Assembly: GCA_019057865.1 (NCBI GenBank)
Contig: JAHLWP010000019.1
Coordinates: 1-64,000, forward strand
Length of the DNA stretch: 64,000 bases
Direction of reading: 5' to 3'
DNA from: Promethearchaeota archaeon
Lineage (GTDB): Archaea > Asgardarchaeota > Lokiarchaeia > Sigyniarchaeales > SOKP01
In this document: in pieces, positions 1 through 8,389 of the stretch
Numbering within the stretch: position 1 is the stretch's first letter
How the letters are laid out: each line of letters starts with the position of its first letter
Program-made: the position numbers and the translations under genes
The notes under the pieces: model-generated
Database searches by the model: none
Told to the model about the DNA's origin: nothing
Seen by the model: only the letters and a program-made list of their open reading frames with translations

Positions 1-110
1 AAAAGCAGATATCGAAAGATTTAAAACCCATCACTGGGTTTTGTAACTACCCAAATTAGATCTATTCTCTATATCTATCAACGCTAAAAAAAAAATAGGA
101 AATAGACCCA

Positions 111-797
111 AGTCAAACAATATGGCGCCCTGAGCCGATATTACTAAAAAACAAAGAAGACATCTTATTAACTACAGGAACGAAATATGTAAATAATCCT
201 ACATTAAGATTGCTAAGCGAATTGAATAAGGAAAATAAATCATTAGCAATTGTAGGAGTACCATGCATGATGCAAGCATTATTAAAATCAGAAATTTTTA
301 ACATAAATATACCTTCTTTAAATAATGTTAAATATAGGATTGGTATTTTTTGCATGGAATCCTTTTCTTATGAATCAATATTAAAGATCTGTGAATTATT
401 AAAAGTAAATATTAAAGATATTAGAAAAATGGATATTAACAAGGGAAAATTTTTTATTTACACTGCAAATGATGAATTTAATATACCCATTAAAGAAATT
501 TCTCATTTAGCCCGTCCAGATTGTGAAGTTTGTTATGATTTAACCTCTGAATCTGCTGATATTTCTATAGGATCTATAGGTTCTCCATCAGGCTGGAATA
601 CTGTAATAATTCGAACAGATAAAGGGAAAGAATTATATGATAGCTTAATTGCCAATAGTTTGATTGAATCAAAACCAATTGAAGATGTAAAACCTGGCTT
701 GTCGCTACTTCAAAAAGTAGCGGGGTCAAAAAAAAATAACTGCAAAAAACATGTTACTTCAAGATTAAACGAGAGCTTACGAACTCCTAATTACTAG
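111..797 (+). pseudogene. Coenzyme F420 hydrogenase/dehydrogenase beta subunit (FrhB/FdhB family), 5'-truncated
   Basis: Motifs GTKY, VGVPC, IGIFCMESF, CEVCYDLTSESADISIGSIGSPSGWNTVIIRT. The frame is open upstream of the called start (210) to ~100 (SQTIWRPEPILLK...), then in-frame stops and unrelated sequence. Confidence 0.8.
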
Positions 798-912
798 ATT
801 TTTTGCATAGGGTAAATCCCGTAAATTTCTATGTTCTTCATGGCTGCAACCATAAAATTAATATTAAATTTGACATTTAAAATTATATTATTCAAAAATT
901 TATCGATTTGAA

Positions 913-1407
913 ATGAGTTCATTATCACCGATAAGACCAAAAAACTTTAGAGAAAAAGTATTCTTTCGTAAACTTCGATCTCAAGTGGATGGTAACGCAA
1001 AAGTAGAATATGGGTTAACACAGATTAAAGGAGTTGGAAGAAGACTTGCTCAAGCATTAATTAGAGTAGCAGATATTAACCCTAATATGAGAATTGGAGC
1101 TCTTCCTGAAAAGGATCTTAACAGAATTGAAGAAATAATATTAAACCCTATCGAAAATGGAATTCCAAATTGGATGGTAAATCGAAAGAAAGATTTAAGA
1201 GATGGAACAGATAAACATGTAATCGGAAGTCAATTAGAAATCACAGTTAAAAGAGACATAGACAGAATGAAAAGGATGAAAAGCTATAAAGGAGTAAGAC
1301 ATCACTTAAAATTAAAAGTAAGAGGACAAAAAACTAAAAGCACTGGACGACACGGTTTAGTCGTTGGAGTTCTAAGAAGGAAAAAGAGATTTCAACAAAG
1401 AGATTAG
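913..1407 (+). CDS. rps13: 30S ribosomal protein S13 (uS13)
   Basis: GLTQIKGVGRR, IPNWMVNRKKD, SYKGVRH..LKVRGQKTKSTGR; first gene of the S13-S4-S11 cluster. Confidence 0.97.
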   Translation: MSSLSPIRPKNFREKVFFRKLRSQVDGNAKVEYGLTQIKGVGRRLAQALIRVADINPNMRIGALPEKDLNRIEEIILNPIENGIPNWMVNRKKDLRDGTDKHVIGSQLEITVKRDIDRMKRMKSYKGVRHHLKLKVRGQKTKSTGRHGLVVGVLRRKKRFQQRD

Positions 1408-1417
1408 GTGAAAAGTA

Positions 1418-1951
1418 ATGGGAGATCCAAGACGTCTGAAAAAAAAATATAAAAAGCCTAAACACCCTTTTCAAAAAGATAGAATGATGGAAGAGCTGGA
1501 ATTTCTGGGAAAATACGGACTTAGAAATAAAAGAGAATATTGGAAATTACGAACAACCCTTGGAAATTGGCGAAATATGGCTCGACAATCTCGAACATTA
1601 TCAAAAGAAAGAGCTTTAGAAGTACAACAAACTCTAATTCGTAAACTAGACCGATTAGGTGTTATTGGATCAGAAGCAAAATTTGAAGATGTCCTCCTCC
1701 TTACTGTAGAAGATGTTATTAAAAGAAGATTACAAACTCTAGTTTATGATAAAGGGCTTGCAAGTACAATCTATCAAGCACGACAATTTATTACTCATGG
1801 TCATATTCAAGTCGGTGGCAAAAAAATAAACGCACCTTCTTATCTCGTAAAAAGAGAGGAAGAAGATTTTATCGGATTTGCTCCAAATAGCCCCCTTTCG
1901 GAAGTAAAAACAAATACAAAAACAAAAATAAAAGCTAAAGAAAAAAGTTAA
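1418..1951 (+). CDS. rps4: 30S ribosomal protein S4 (uS4)
   Basis: MGDPR..., YGLRNKREYW, RRLQTLV, ARQFITHGHI, PSYLV; GGTGA SD-like motif upstream. Confidence 0.97.
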   Translation: MGDPRRLKKKYKKPKHPFQKDRMMEELEFLGKYGLRNKREYWKLRTTLGNWRNMARQSRTLSKERALEVQQTLIRKLDRLGVIGSEAKFEDVLLLTVEDVIKRRLQTLVYDKGLASTIYQARQFITHGHIQVGGKKINAPSYLVKREEEDFIGFAPNSPLSEVKTNTKTKIKAKEKS

Positions 1952-1964
1952 GTGAGCATAAAAA

Positions 1965-2363
1965 ATGAGTAGCAAAGAAAAAATGAAATGGGCACTTGTA
2001 CACATCTTTTCGAGTTATAATAATACGCTTGTTACAGCTACAGACCTTAGCGGAGCAGAAACCTTCGCAAAATGCTCTGGTGGTATGGTAGTAAAAGCTG
2101 ACCGAGATGAAAGCAACCCATATGCCGCTATGCAATGTGGATTCCGAGTCGCTAATGAGCTCAAAGATAAAGGTGTTAGAGGGATACATATCAAAGTAAG
2201 AGCCCCCGGAGGTAATAAATCGCAAACTCCCGGTCCCGGAGCTCAAGCCTGTATCCGCGCTCTCGCACGCTCCGGTCTACAAGTCGGAAGGATTGAAGAA
2301 GTTACCCCTAAATCGCACGACCACTGTAGAAGGAAGGGGGGCCATCGTGGTCGCCGTGTATAA
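1965..2363 (+). CDS. rps11: 30S ribosomal protein S11 (uS11)
   Basis: [45 protein letters not shown]-terminus. Confidence 0.97.
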   Translation: MSSKEKMKWALVHIFSSYNNTLVTATDLSGAETFAKCSGGMVVKADRDESNPYAAMQCGFRVANELKDKGVRGIHIKVRAPGGNKSQTPGPGAQACIRALARSGLQVGRIEEVTPKSHDHCRRKGGHRGRRV

Positions 2364-2404
2364 AAATCTCTGAGGAGACTGCCTCTTTTAAAGAGTTAGC
2401 GAAT

Positions 2405-2854
2405 CTATTCATTTGAATTTGATCTTTCTTTATTAGGGAACCTTTTAGTAAATTTTTCTTTCTGTTCATAATACCAATTTATGTAATCATGTTGTCTTCT
2501 GTCTTCTTCGCTTCCATGGGAAGGATACCAGATAAGATCTTTTTCTTGACATTCAATACAATACCAAGTCTCATGGAGGGGTATATATACCATATCTCTA
2601 TCACTATGCGTGCATAGAGGGCACACACAAATAGATTTCCTTAATGCACTCCTAAGTTGGTGCTTTGTTCCTTCTAAAAAATATACTTCCTTCCGTTCTT
2701 CTGGGGTTAATTCAAGAATTGCTCCATATAAGCTTGAGTATGTACTTAGTATGTGGATTTCATCATAAACAGCTTTAATTATAATTTCTCTAAGGTTATT
2801 TCTTATCTTTTTCAGCCGTTCATTGTGTATAATGATTCTTCTTTCATCCTTCAT
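2405..2854 (-). CDS. Hypothetical protein with CxxC...CxxC zinc ribbon
   Basis: 149 aa ORF with CPLC and CIEC motifs. Confidence 0.6.
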   Translation of the reverse strand: MKDERRIIIHNERLKKIRNNLREIIIKAVYDEIHILSTYSSLYGAILELTPEERKEVYFLEGTKHQLRSALRKSICVCPLCTHSDRDMVYIPLHETWYCIECQEKDLIWYPSHGSEEDRRQHDYINWYYEQKEKFTKRFPNKERSNSNE

Positions 2855-2863
2855 GATTATAGT

Positions 2864-2959
2864 AAAGGTATGGAAAAAAAAATATATAAATAATGGGTCT
2901 TCGCTTATCTTTTAAAATTAAAGAAAAGGTATGGAAAAAAAAAAAAATTTAAATAATGG
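2864..2959 (+). repeat. ~33-bp imperfect direct repeat (aaaggtatgg-polyA-taaataatgg) x2
   Basis: Copies at ~2864-2896 and ~2926-2959. The second overlaps the stop of the 544 aa ORF and reads as a poly-T tract on the minus strand. Confidence 0.7.
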
Positions 2960-4583
2960 ATGAATAACCACTATTTAATAAATTGGGTGTTCCCATAAAG
3001 AGTCTATTTAAGATATATGTGTTTAAGATGGGGGCTGGTCGGTTTTTCTTAACCCACTCTTGCATCATAATTTTTATTTCTTGTTCAATATGACTCTCGG
3101 GAACGTTTTTGAAGAACCTATCGATTACATAGTTGTTTCCGTCTTCATCGGTGAAATATTTGTTAATGAAATTAGCTATCCCATATTCAATCAAAAAATT
3201 CCGCCGTTTAAGATACTCTTGCCAATTAACTTCCCAATCTTTTACGTTGCATTTATAGTATTGAGGACATTCTAGACTAAAATTTAATCTATGTTGAATT
3301 AAATCTAAAATTAAATCTGTTTTTCCTTCAAGGTTTTTATGATTAATATGCATAACAAGGGCTAATCTATTTACATCGATTGTCAGTTTATCATTAATAA
3401 AAATGTGATGTCTTTCAAATGTAAAGGATTCCATAATACTGGTTTTTTTAAAAGCTTCGGGTTCAATGGGATCAAGTTTTAGAACATCAAGACCTAAATC
3501 ACGGATGATAAGCATTACAACATGAAACTTTACAGTATTAAAAGCATACCAACTCGGATGATAAATTCTAGGTAAGGCAGGATATAGATTTCGTTGTTCT
3601 ATATACTTCCATACTTGCTCAAAAGTTTCTATATATTCTTCACTAGGTAATAGTGAAATCAATTCTTTTAATAGATGCATCATACCATCCCATGAATATT
3701 CCCAACCTTTATTCAGTCTTCCAAATGTGTCATATTTTAACATTTTTTGAGCATGTTTTAAGAGGACTGGACCTTTCTTAGCTTTGGATAAGGCGAACCA
3801 TATGTATAAGGTTAAATCATATTCAGGTTTAAAATAGGTAGTTCCTATATCATGTTTATCACTGATGTATTTCTCATCAAAGGGATTGCTAAATATAAAG
3901 TCTTCTATATATTCTATCACTTTACTTTTTATGTTATCCAATGATTGTTGATTGACTTTCTTGATATCTCTAGCTTTTTGAATAAAATCCTTTATAGTTA
4001 AAAAATGAATTTTGTACATAAAGCTGAAGAGTGTGGATTTTGTAAATCTACGGAATTCGAAATCACCTTTAATATGAGAATCTTTCAATGTTCTAGCTCT
4101 TTTAAAAAGAATCCTTGATAAATCAGTGTCGAAAATTCTAATATTGGGGAAATATCCTTTAATAATATCTTTTATATCATCAAAGAATTTTCTTTTAATG
4201 CTTTTTTCAACTGGGGATGAAGTAGAAGGCAAGTTTGCTTCATTAGGAAAAGCGATGTTATAGAGATTTTGAAATTTGTTTTCAATTGTATTCCAATAAT
4301 CGATTGATAGATCTTTGTATCTCTCTGATAGTCTAGTATAGAGGTCATCAAAAGTCTTTTTCACTGGGTAATGAGTTTTTAGCGTATCCTTTTTATCCTT
4401 AATCCAATTATAAGTAAAGCCAAGTTTTTTTGACAGTTCCATGTATGAGGGTCTTTCGAGAATGCGTTTTTGGAACAAGATTTCTTTTAGATGGTCTACG
4501 AGTTCTATGTAAGCGTTTCTAATATCGGGCAAATTTATTTGTTTGCTCATTTTATTATCAACGTTTTTATTTTTTTTTTCCAT
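2949..4583 (-). CDS. Large hypothetical protein with possible N-terminal HTH and C-terminal HNH-like motif
   Basis: 544 aa. SYMELSKKLGFTYNWI is HTH-like; FERHHIF...VNRLALVMHINH resembles an HNH beta-beta-alpha motif. Confidence 0.5.
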   Translation of the reverse strand: MEKKNKNVDNKMSKQINLPDIRNAYIELVDHLKEILFQKRILERPSYMELSKKLGFTYNWIKDKKDTLKTHYPVKKTFDDLYTRLSERYKDLSIDYWNTIENKFQNLYNIAFPNEANLPSTSSPVEKSIKRKFFDDIKDIIKGYFPNIRIFDTDLSRILFKRARTLKDSHIKGDFEFRRFTKSTLFSFMYKIHFLTIKDFIQKARDIKKVNQQSLDNIKSKVIEYIEDFIFSNPFDEKYISDKHDIGTTYFKPEYDLTLYIWFALSKAKKGPVLLKHAQKMLKYDTFGRLNKGWEYSWDGMMHLLKELISLLPSEEYIETFEQVWKYIEQRNLYPALPRIYHPSWYAFNTVKFHVVMLIIRDLGLDVLKLDPIEPEAFKKTSIMESFTFERHHIFINDKLTIDVNRLALVMHINHKNLEGKTDLILDLIQHRLNFSLECPQYYKCNVKDWEVNWQEYLKRRNFLIEYGIANFINKYFTDEDGNNYVIDRFFKNVPESHIEQEIKIMMQEWVKKNRPAPILNTYILNRLFMGTPNLLNSGYSSII

Positions 4584-4856
4584 CCTTTGGGTTTTATCAG
4601 TCGCTATAATCGCGCAGACTGATGGGTAAGATTACAATAACGCGCAATCTTATAAAATTAATATTAAAGTTTACTATATATATCTATCCCTCGAATAGAT
4701 TGTTTTGTAAAGTTTAAATACTATTAAACTAGTTCACATTTAATTAAACCTCATTTTTCGTGTACAACTTTTAAATTTAGAAATCTAAGGTTTCGCTCGT
4801 TTTTATTACATACAAGAAAAAGTGTAGTTTAAAAACTTTTAAACTAAAAAGTTATT

Positions 4857-5231
4857 GTGCTGTCAAAAAAGGAAATGAAGCAATTTTATCCTCATCTTAT
4901 CTCGCGGATACTGTTGTTTCTACGGCAACAGCGACATGTTAAAGGGGAGGTGCTTACAGAAGATCTTATTAAGAAGTTTAATAAATCGAAGAGTAGAATT
5001 TCTCAAGCTCTTTCTTTTTTAACAAGTAAAGGATATATTGAGAGATCTTACGTTCCAAATCTTAATAACCAAGGATCTCGTCATAAGATTTCCCTTACGC
5101 CAAGAGGTCTAGAGATTGCTGAAGCCATATTATTCGAAGGATTAGATCCCCTCGAGAAAAAGGTCATTGAAGCATTAAAAAACCGTTCTAATTATTTATA
5201 TAAAGATAAGGTGACTCCTACCAAAACATGA
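4857..5231 (+). CDS. Winged-helix (MarR-like) DNA-binding protein
   Basis: KSKSRISQALSFLTSKGYIER...ISLTPRG pattern. Confidence 0.75.
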   Translation: MLSKKEMKQFYPHLISRILLFLRQQRHVKGEVLTEDLIKKFNKSKSRISQALSFLTSKGYIERSYVPNLNNQGSRHKISLTPRGLEIAEAILFEGLDPLEKKVIEALKNRSNYLYKDKVTPTKT

Positions 5232-5410
5232 TAAAAACCAATATGGAAGCAAGCTATTGGCTATAATCCTATCCAAGGTGATTGGTAGGAGTCATGATTT
5301 AGGGTTAATTTTTCAAACTTGAATAGTTATTATATTCATACTATCTAAATAAAAAAAGTTGTATGAAAAGGTAAATTCAGAGTCTGATTTCAATGAAAAT
5401 TTCTTTGAAA
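5056..5410 (+). repeat. Repeat D copy 1 (~355 bp; wHTH 3' half + hairpin + downstream DNA)
   Basis: Aligns colinearly (offset 2632) with 7688-8042 at roughly 80% identity by eye. Contains a 13-bp inverted repeat TGACTCCTACCAA (5212-5224)/TTGGTAGGAGTCA (5282-5294). Confidence 0.9.
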
Positions 5411-5527
5411 AAAGTTAAAATTTAATTTCTTAACGTAGAATAGAAATTCAATCCAGACTCTTTGTTTAATAATAAGTTCTTAATAAATACATTTTAAAAG
5501 TTATATTTTTACAAGATTTAATAGACA

Positions 5528-6700
5528 ATGAAGGATCAAGTAACAAAACGCCAGCACTGGAATCCTAGAATGCATTTGAAGCATTTTGCAATAAATGGCA
5601 AAATCTATATATATGATAAAAAGACTATGAAAGCAAAGTTAATATCAATTGAAGATGCAGCGGTTGGAAAGTGGTTCTATGATATGGATAATCGCATCGA
5701 AAATATACTCAGCGAAATAGAAAGTAAAGTAGATAAAATCTTTTCAAAGATAATAAAAACCGATGACATTAACAACTTGACAATTGAAGAAAGGGAGAAT
5801 CTTAACAAGTTTATGGTGTTGCAAGATTACCGAACTCCGCATAGTAGAGATCAATATGTAATTATATATAAGGAGAGTCTAAAAGTATTTATTAATGCAA
5901 TGAAAGATGGTGAAATCGATGAAAAATTGATTCCAGACGGGAATCTTAAAGAATTGTTGAGGAATATGCCACCATCAAAGGAAAATTTCATTAAATTTTT
6001 ACAAGTGCTGAAAGATAATCCAAGATTTTTTGATGAATTCAATAAAGATAGCGCAATAAGAGTGACCAATATGGTTTTAAGAGGTTTTTTACCAAGTGGT
6101 ATTGAACTATTTTCTAAATTAAAACTCAGGTTGTTTAAAAATTCATCTACTATAGATTTTTATACTTCAGATCATCCCTTATGTAGATATAATCTTTATA
6201 TGATGGATTATTTTGGTCATATCACCAGCAGTGGTATAGGATATGATTCAAAAGGAATACAATTTTTTTATCCATTAACCCCAAAGTTATGTTTAGTGTT
6301 TGAAGATGCAGTGACTTATAATATGTATGAGGATGTGTCTATAGGAGACCACAAGTTCGTTGAATTTGTAAATGCAAGGCTTATCCAAAACTCAAAACAG
6401 TGGATTTATTCTCAAAATGATGATTTCATATTTCCAGATGAGTATCTTCAAGAGTATCCTCATTTTAAAAATGCAGATATTTTATTCGGTTTATGGAAAA
6501 TACCTGAAAACGATTTTGAAAGAGCTGTATGGGAACGTTTTTATGGGAAGGAAGCTAAAAGGAAATTAAAAAACTATTTGGATAATTTAATTCGAAATGG
6601 AGCTACAGAGCAAGAAATTGAGAAAATTCAAATAAAATATGATTTAGAATATAAGGAGGGATTAGAAAAGGGTATAAGAGACCAGAGTGAATTTATTTAA
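5528..6700 (+). CDS. DUF4238 domain protein
   Basis: N-terminal RQHWNP..LKHF and internal FYTSDHP, YPLTPKL motifs. Confidence 0.8.
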   Translation: MKDQVTKRQHWNPRMHLKHFAINGKIYIYDKKTMKAKLISIEDAAVGKWFYDMDNRIENILSEIESKVDKIFSKIIKTDDINNLTIEERENLNKFMVLQDYRTPHSRDQYVIIYKESLKVFINAMKDGEIDEKLIPDGNLKELLRNMPPSKENFIKFLQVLKDNPRFFDEFNKDSAIRVTNMVLRGFLPSGIELFSKLKLRLFKNSSTIDFYTSDHPLCRYNLYMMDYFGHITSSGIGYDSKGIQFFYPLTPKLCLVFEDAVTYNMYEDVSIGDHKFVEFVNARLIQNSKQWIYSQNDDFIFPDEYLQEYPHFKNADILFGLWKIPENDFERAVWERFYGKEAKRKLKNYLDNLIRNGATEQEIEKIQIKYDLEYKEGLEKGIRDQSEFI

Positions 6701-6925
6701 TTTCATGTTATTCAAGAAAAGAATTGATATTATTATTCTAGTAAAAACTACACTTAAAAAAAAAGTGTCCATTTTAGTGGTTGTGAAAGAGTGTAATATG
6801 ATCTAATGGGAAAACGAAGGAAGGAATAAAACTGACATGACTGATATTGATTATACAGCATTATAAATCAAAAGACGGATTAATTTAAATACAATTAGTT
6901 CCTTAATTTAAGAAACAAGATAATA

Positions 6926-7648
6926 ATGTATATCGAAATCACAATGAATGCTAAAGAAAAATTATTTATTAAACAAATAGAAGAAATAATAAAAATGTAC
7001 ACTAAATATGTCTCAAGTCTGAAAGACGGCTCACCTGTTCTAAAAAAAAAATCCTTTAAATACGTTAAAGGAGATATTTTATCTAATGTTTTAATCTCCA
7101 GAATTATGAATACTATTGTGAGAATTACAGGAAAAGAATCGGAATATTATAAACAGGCTATTGAAATATTAAATAATACTGAAATAAATCGTCCTTTAGA
7201 AAGATTGTATAGATTAATTTCGGTATTGGTAGGATTACATGAGGATTTAAAAGCAGGATATTTAAAATCCTTATCAGAATTAATTCATGCAGATGTTTTT
7301 TCAGATTATATTGAGATGGCTGAATATCTATTAGAAGAGGGATATAAAGACCCTGCAGCTGTAATAACAGGTAGTACATTAGAAGAACATTTAAGAAAGT
7401 CATGTATTAAGAATGGTATTGATATAGGGGTAATTGCAGGAGGAAAAACAAGACCAAAAAAAGCCGATACTCTAAATTCTGAATTAGCTAAACAAAATGT
7501 TTATTCCAAATTAGAACAAAAAAATGTTACTGCTTGGTTAGACCTCAGAAATAAAGCAGCACACGGACATTATAATGAATATGATGATAATCAAGTTAAA
7601 CAAATGATATCTGGAGTAAGAGATTTCATTTTAAGAAATCCTGCTTAA
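6926..7648 (+). CDS. HEPN/DUF4145-like protein
   Basis: AAVITGSTLEEHLR and RNKAAH (RxxxxH) motifs. Confidence 0.75.
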   Translation: MYIEITMNAKEKLFIKQIEEIIKMYTKYVSSLKDGSPVLKKKSFKYVKGDILSNVLISRIMNTIVRITGKESEYYKQAIEILNNTEINRPLERLYRLISVLVGLHEDLKAGYLKSLSELIHADVFSDYIEMAEYLLEEGYKDPAAVITGSTLEEHLRKSCIKNGIDIGVIAGGKTRPKKADTLNSELAKQNVYSKLEQKNVTAWLDLRNKAAHGHYNEYDDNQVKQMISGVRDFILRNPA

Positions 7649-7687
7649 AATTTTCAAGGAAATATTCCGATTCAACAAATGATGTCA

Positions 7688-8042
7688 CAAATCTTTATAA
7701 TCAGAGATCTCGTCATAATATATCTCTTACTCTAAGGGGTTTAGAGATTGCTGAAGTTATTCTATCGGAGGGATTAGATCCACTCGAGAAAAAGGTCATT
7801 GAAGCGTTAAAAATCCGTTCTAACTATTCATTTAAAAATAGGGTGACTCCTACCACAATATGATAAAGACCAATAAGATGGCAACCTATTGGCTGTAATT
7901 CTATCCTAGGTGATTGATAGGAGTCATGATTTAGGAGTTTTTTTTTAAACTTGAATTGTTATTATATCCATTCTATTTAAATAAAAAAAGTTGTAAGAAA
8001 AGGTAAATTCATTGTCTGATTCCAAAGAAAATTCCATTGAAA
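7688..8042 (+). repeat. Repeat D copy 2, containing a 5'-truncated wHTH gene remnant (7688-7863)
   Basis: Translates as NLYNQRSRHNISLTLRGLEIAEVILSEGLDPLEKKVIEALK..., paralogous to the C-terminus of 4857-5231. The hairpin arms are retained at ~7844-7926. Confidence 0.9.
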
Positions 8043-8389
8043 TAAATAAGATGATCTATAGAAATTAAAACATACCATACTTGCTTGCGATTTCTAGAGG
8101 AGGAGTTTAAGTTTATAGTGAAAACAACGATATCTAGAGAAAAATGCTTGAATCTTTGCATTTTATTAGTCATTTTGCTAATAGTAAATATAAGTATTGA
8201 TATTTTTTTTGGAGAAGAGTTTTTAAAAATTCGAAAAAGATTTAATTCAAAAATTTGATAAATCAAAATAGGAGAATAGACTAAGAATTTAATAAATTTG
8301 TTAATTCTCTAATATATAGTGTAGAAGTTTTAAAGAAAGTTATATGTTTATGATACCACTTTTAAATTACTGAGTTCGAGGTAATCTTA

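Noticed and set aside
2329-2356. Similarity between the rps11 3' end (AGGAAGGGGGGCCATCGTGG) and reverse-complemented site A
   Set aside because: It needs gaps, is in the opposite orientation and is mostly G-runs; it cannot be distinguished from chance.
8009-8266. 85-aa minus-strand ORF
   Set aside because: Low-complexity AT-rich translation overlapping repeat D; no motif support.
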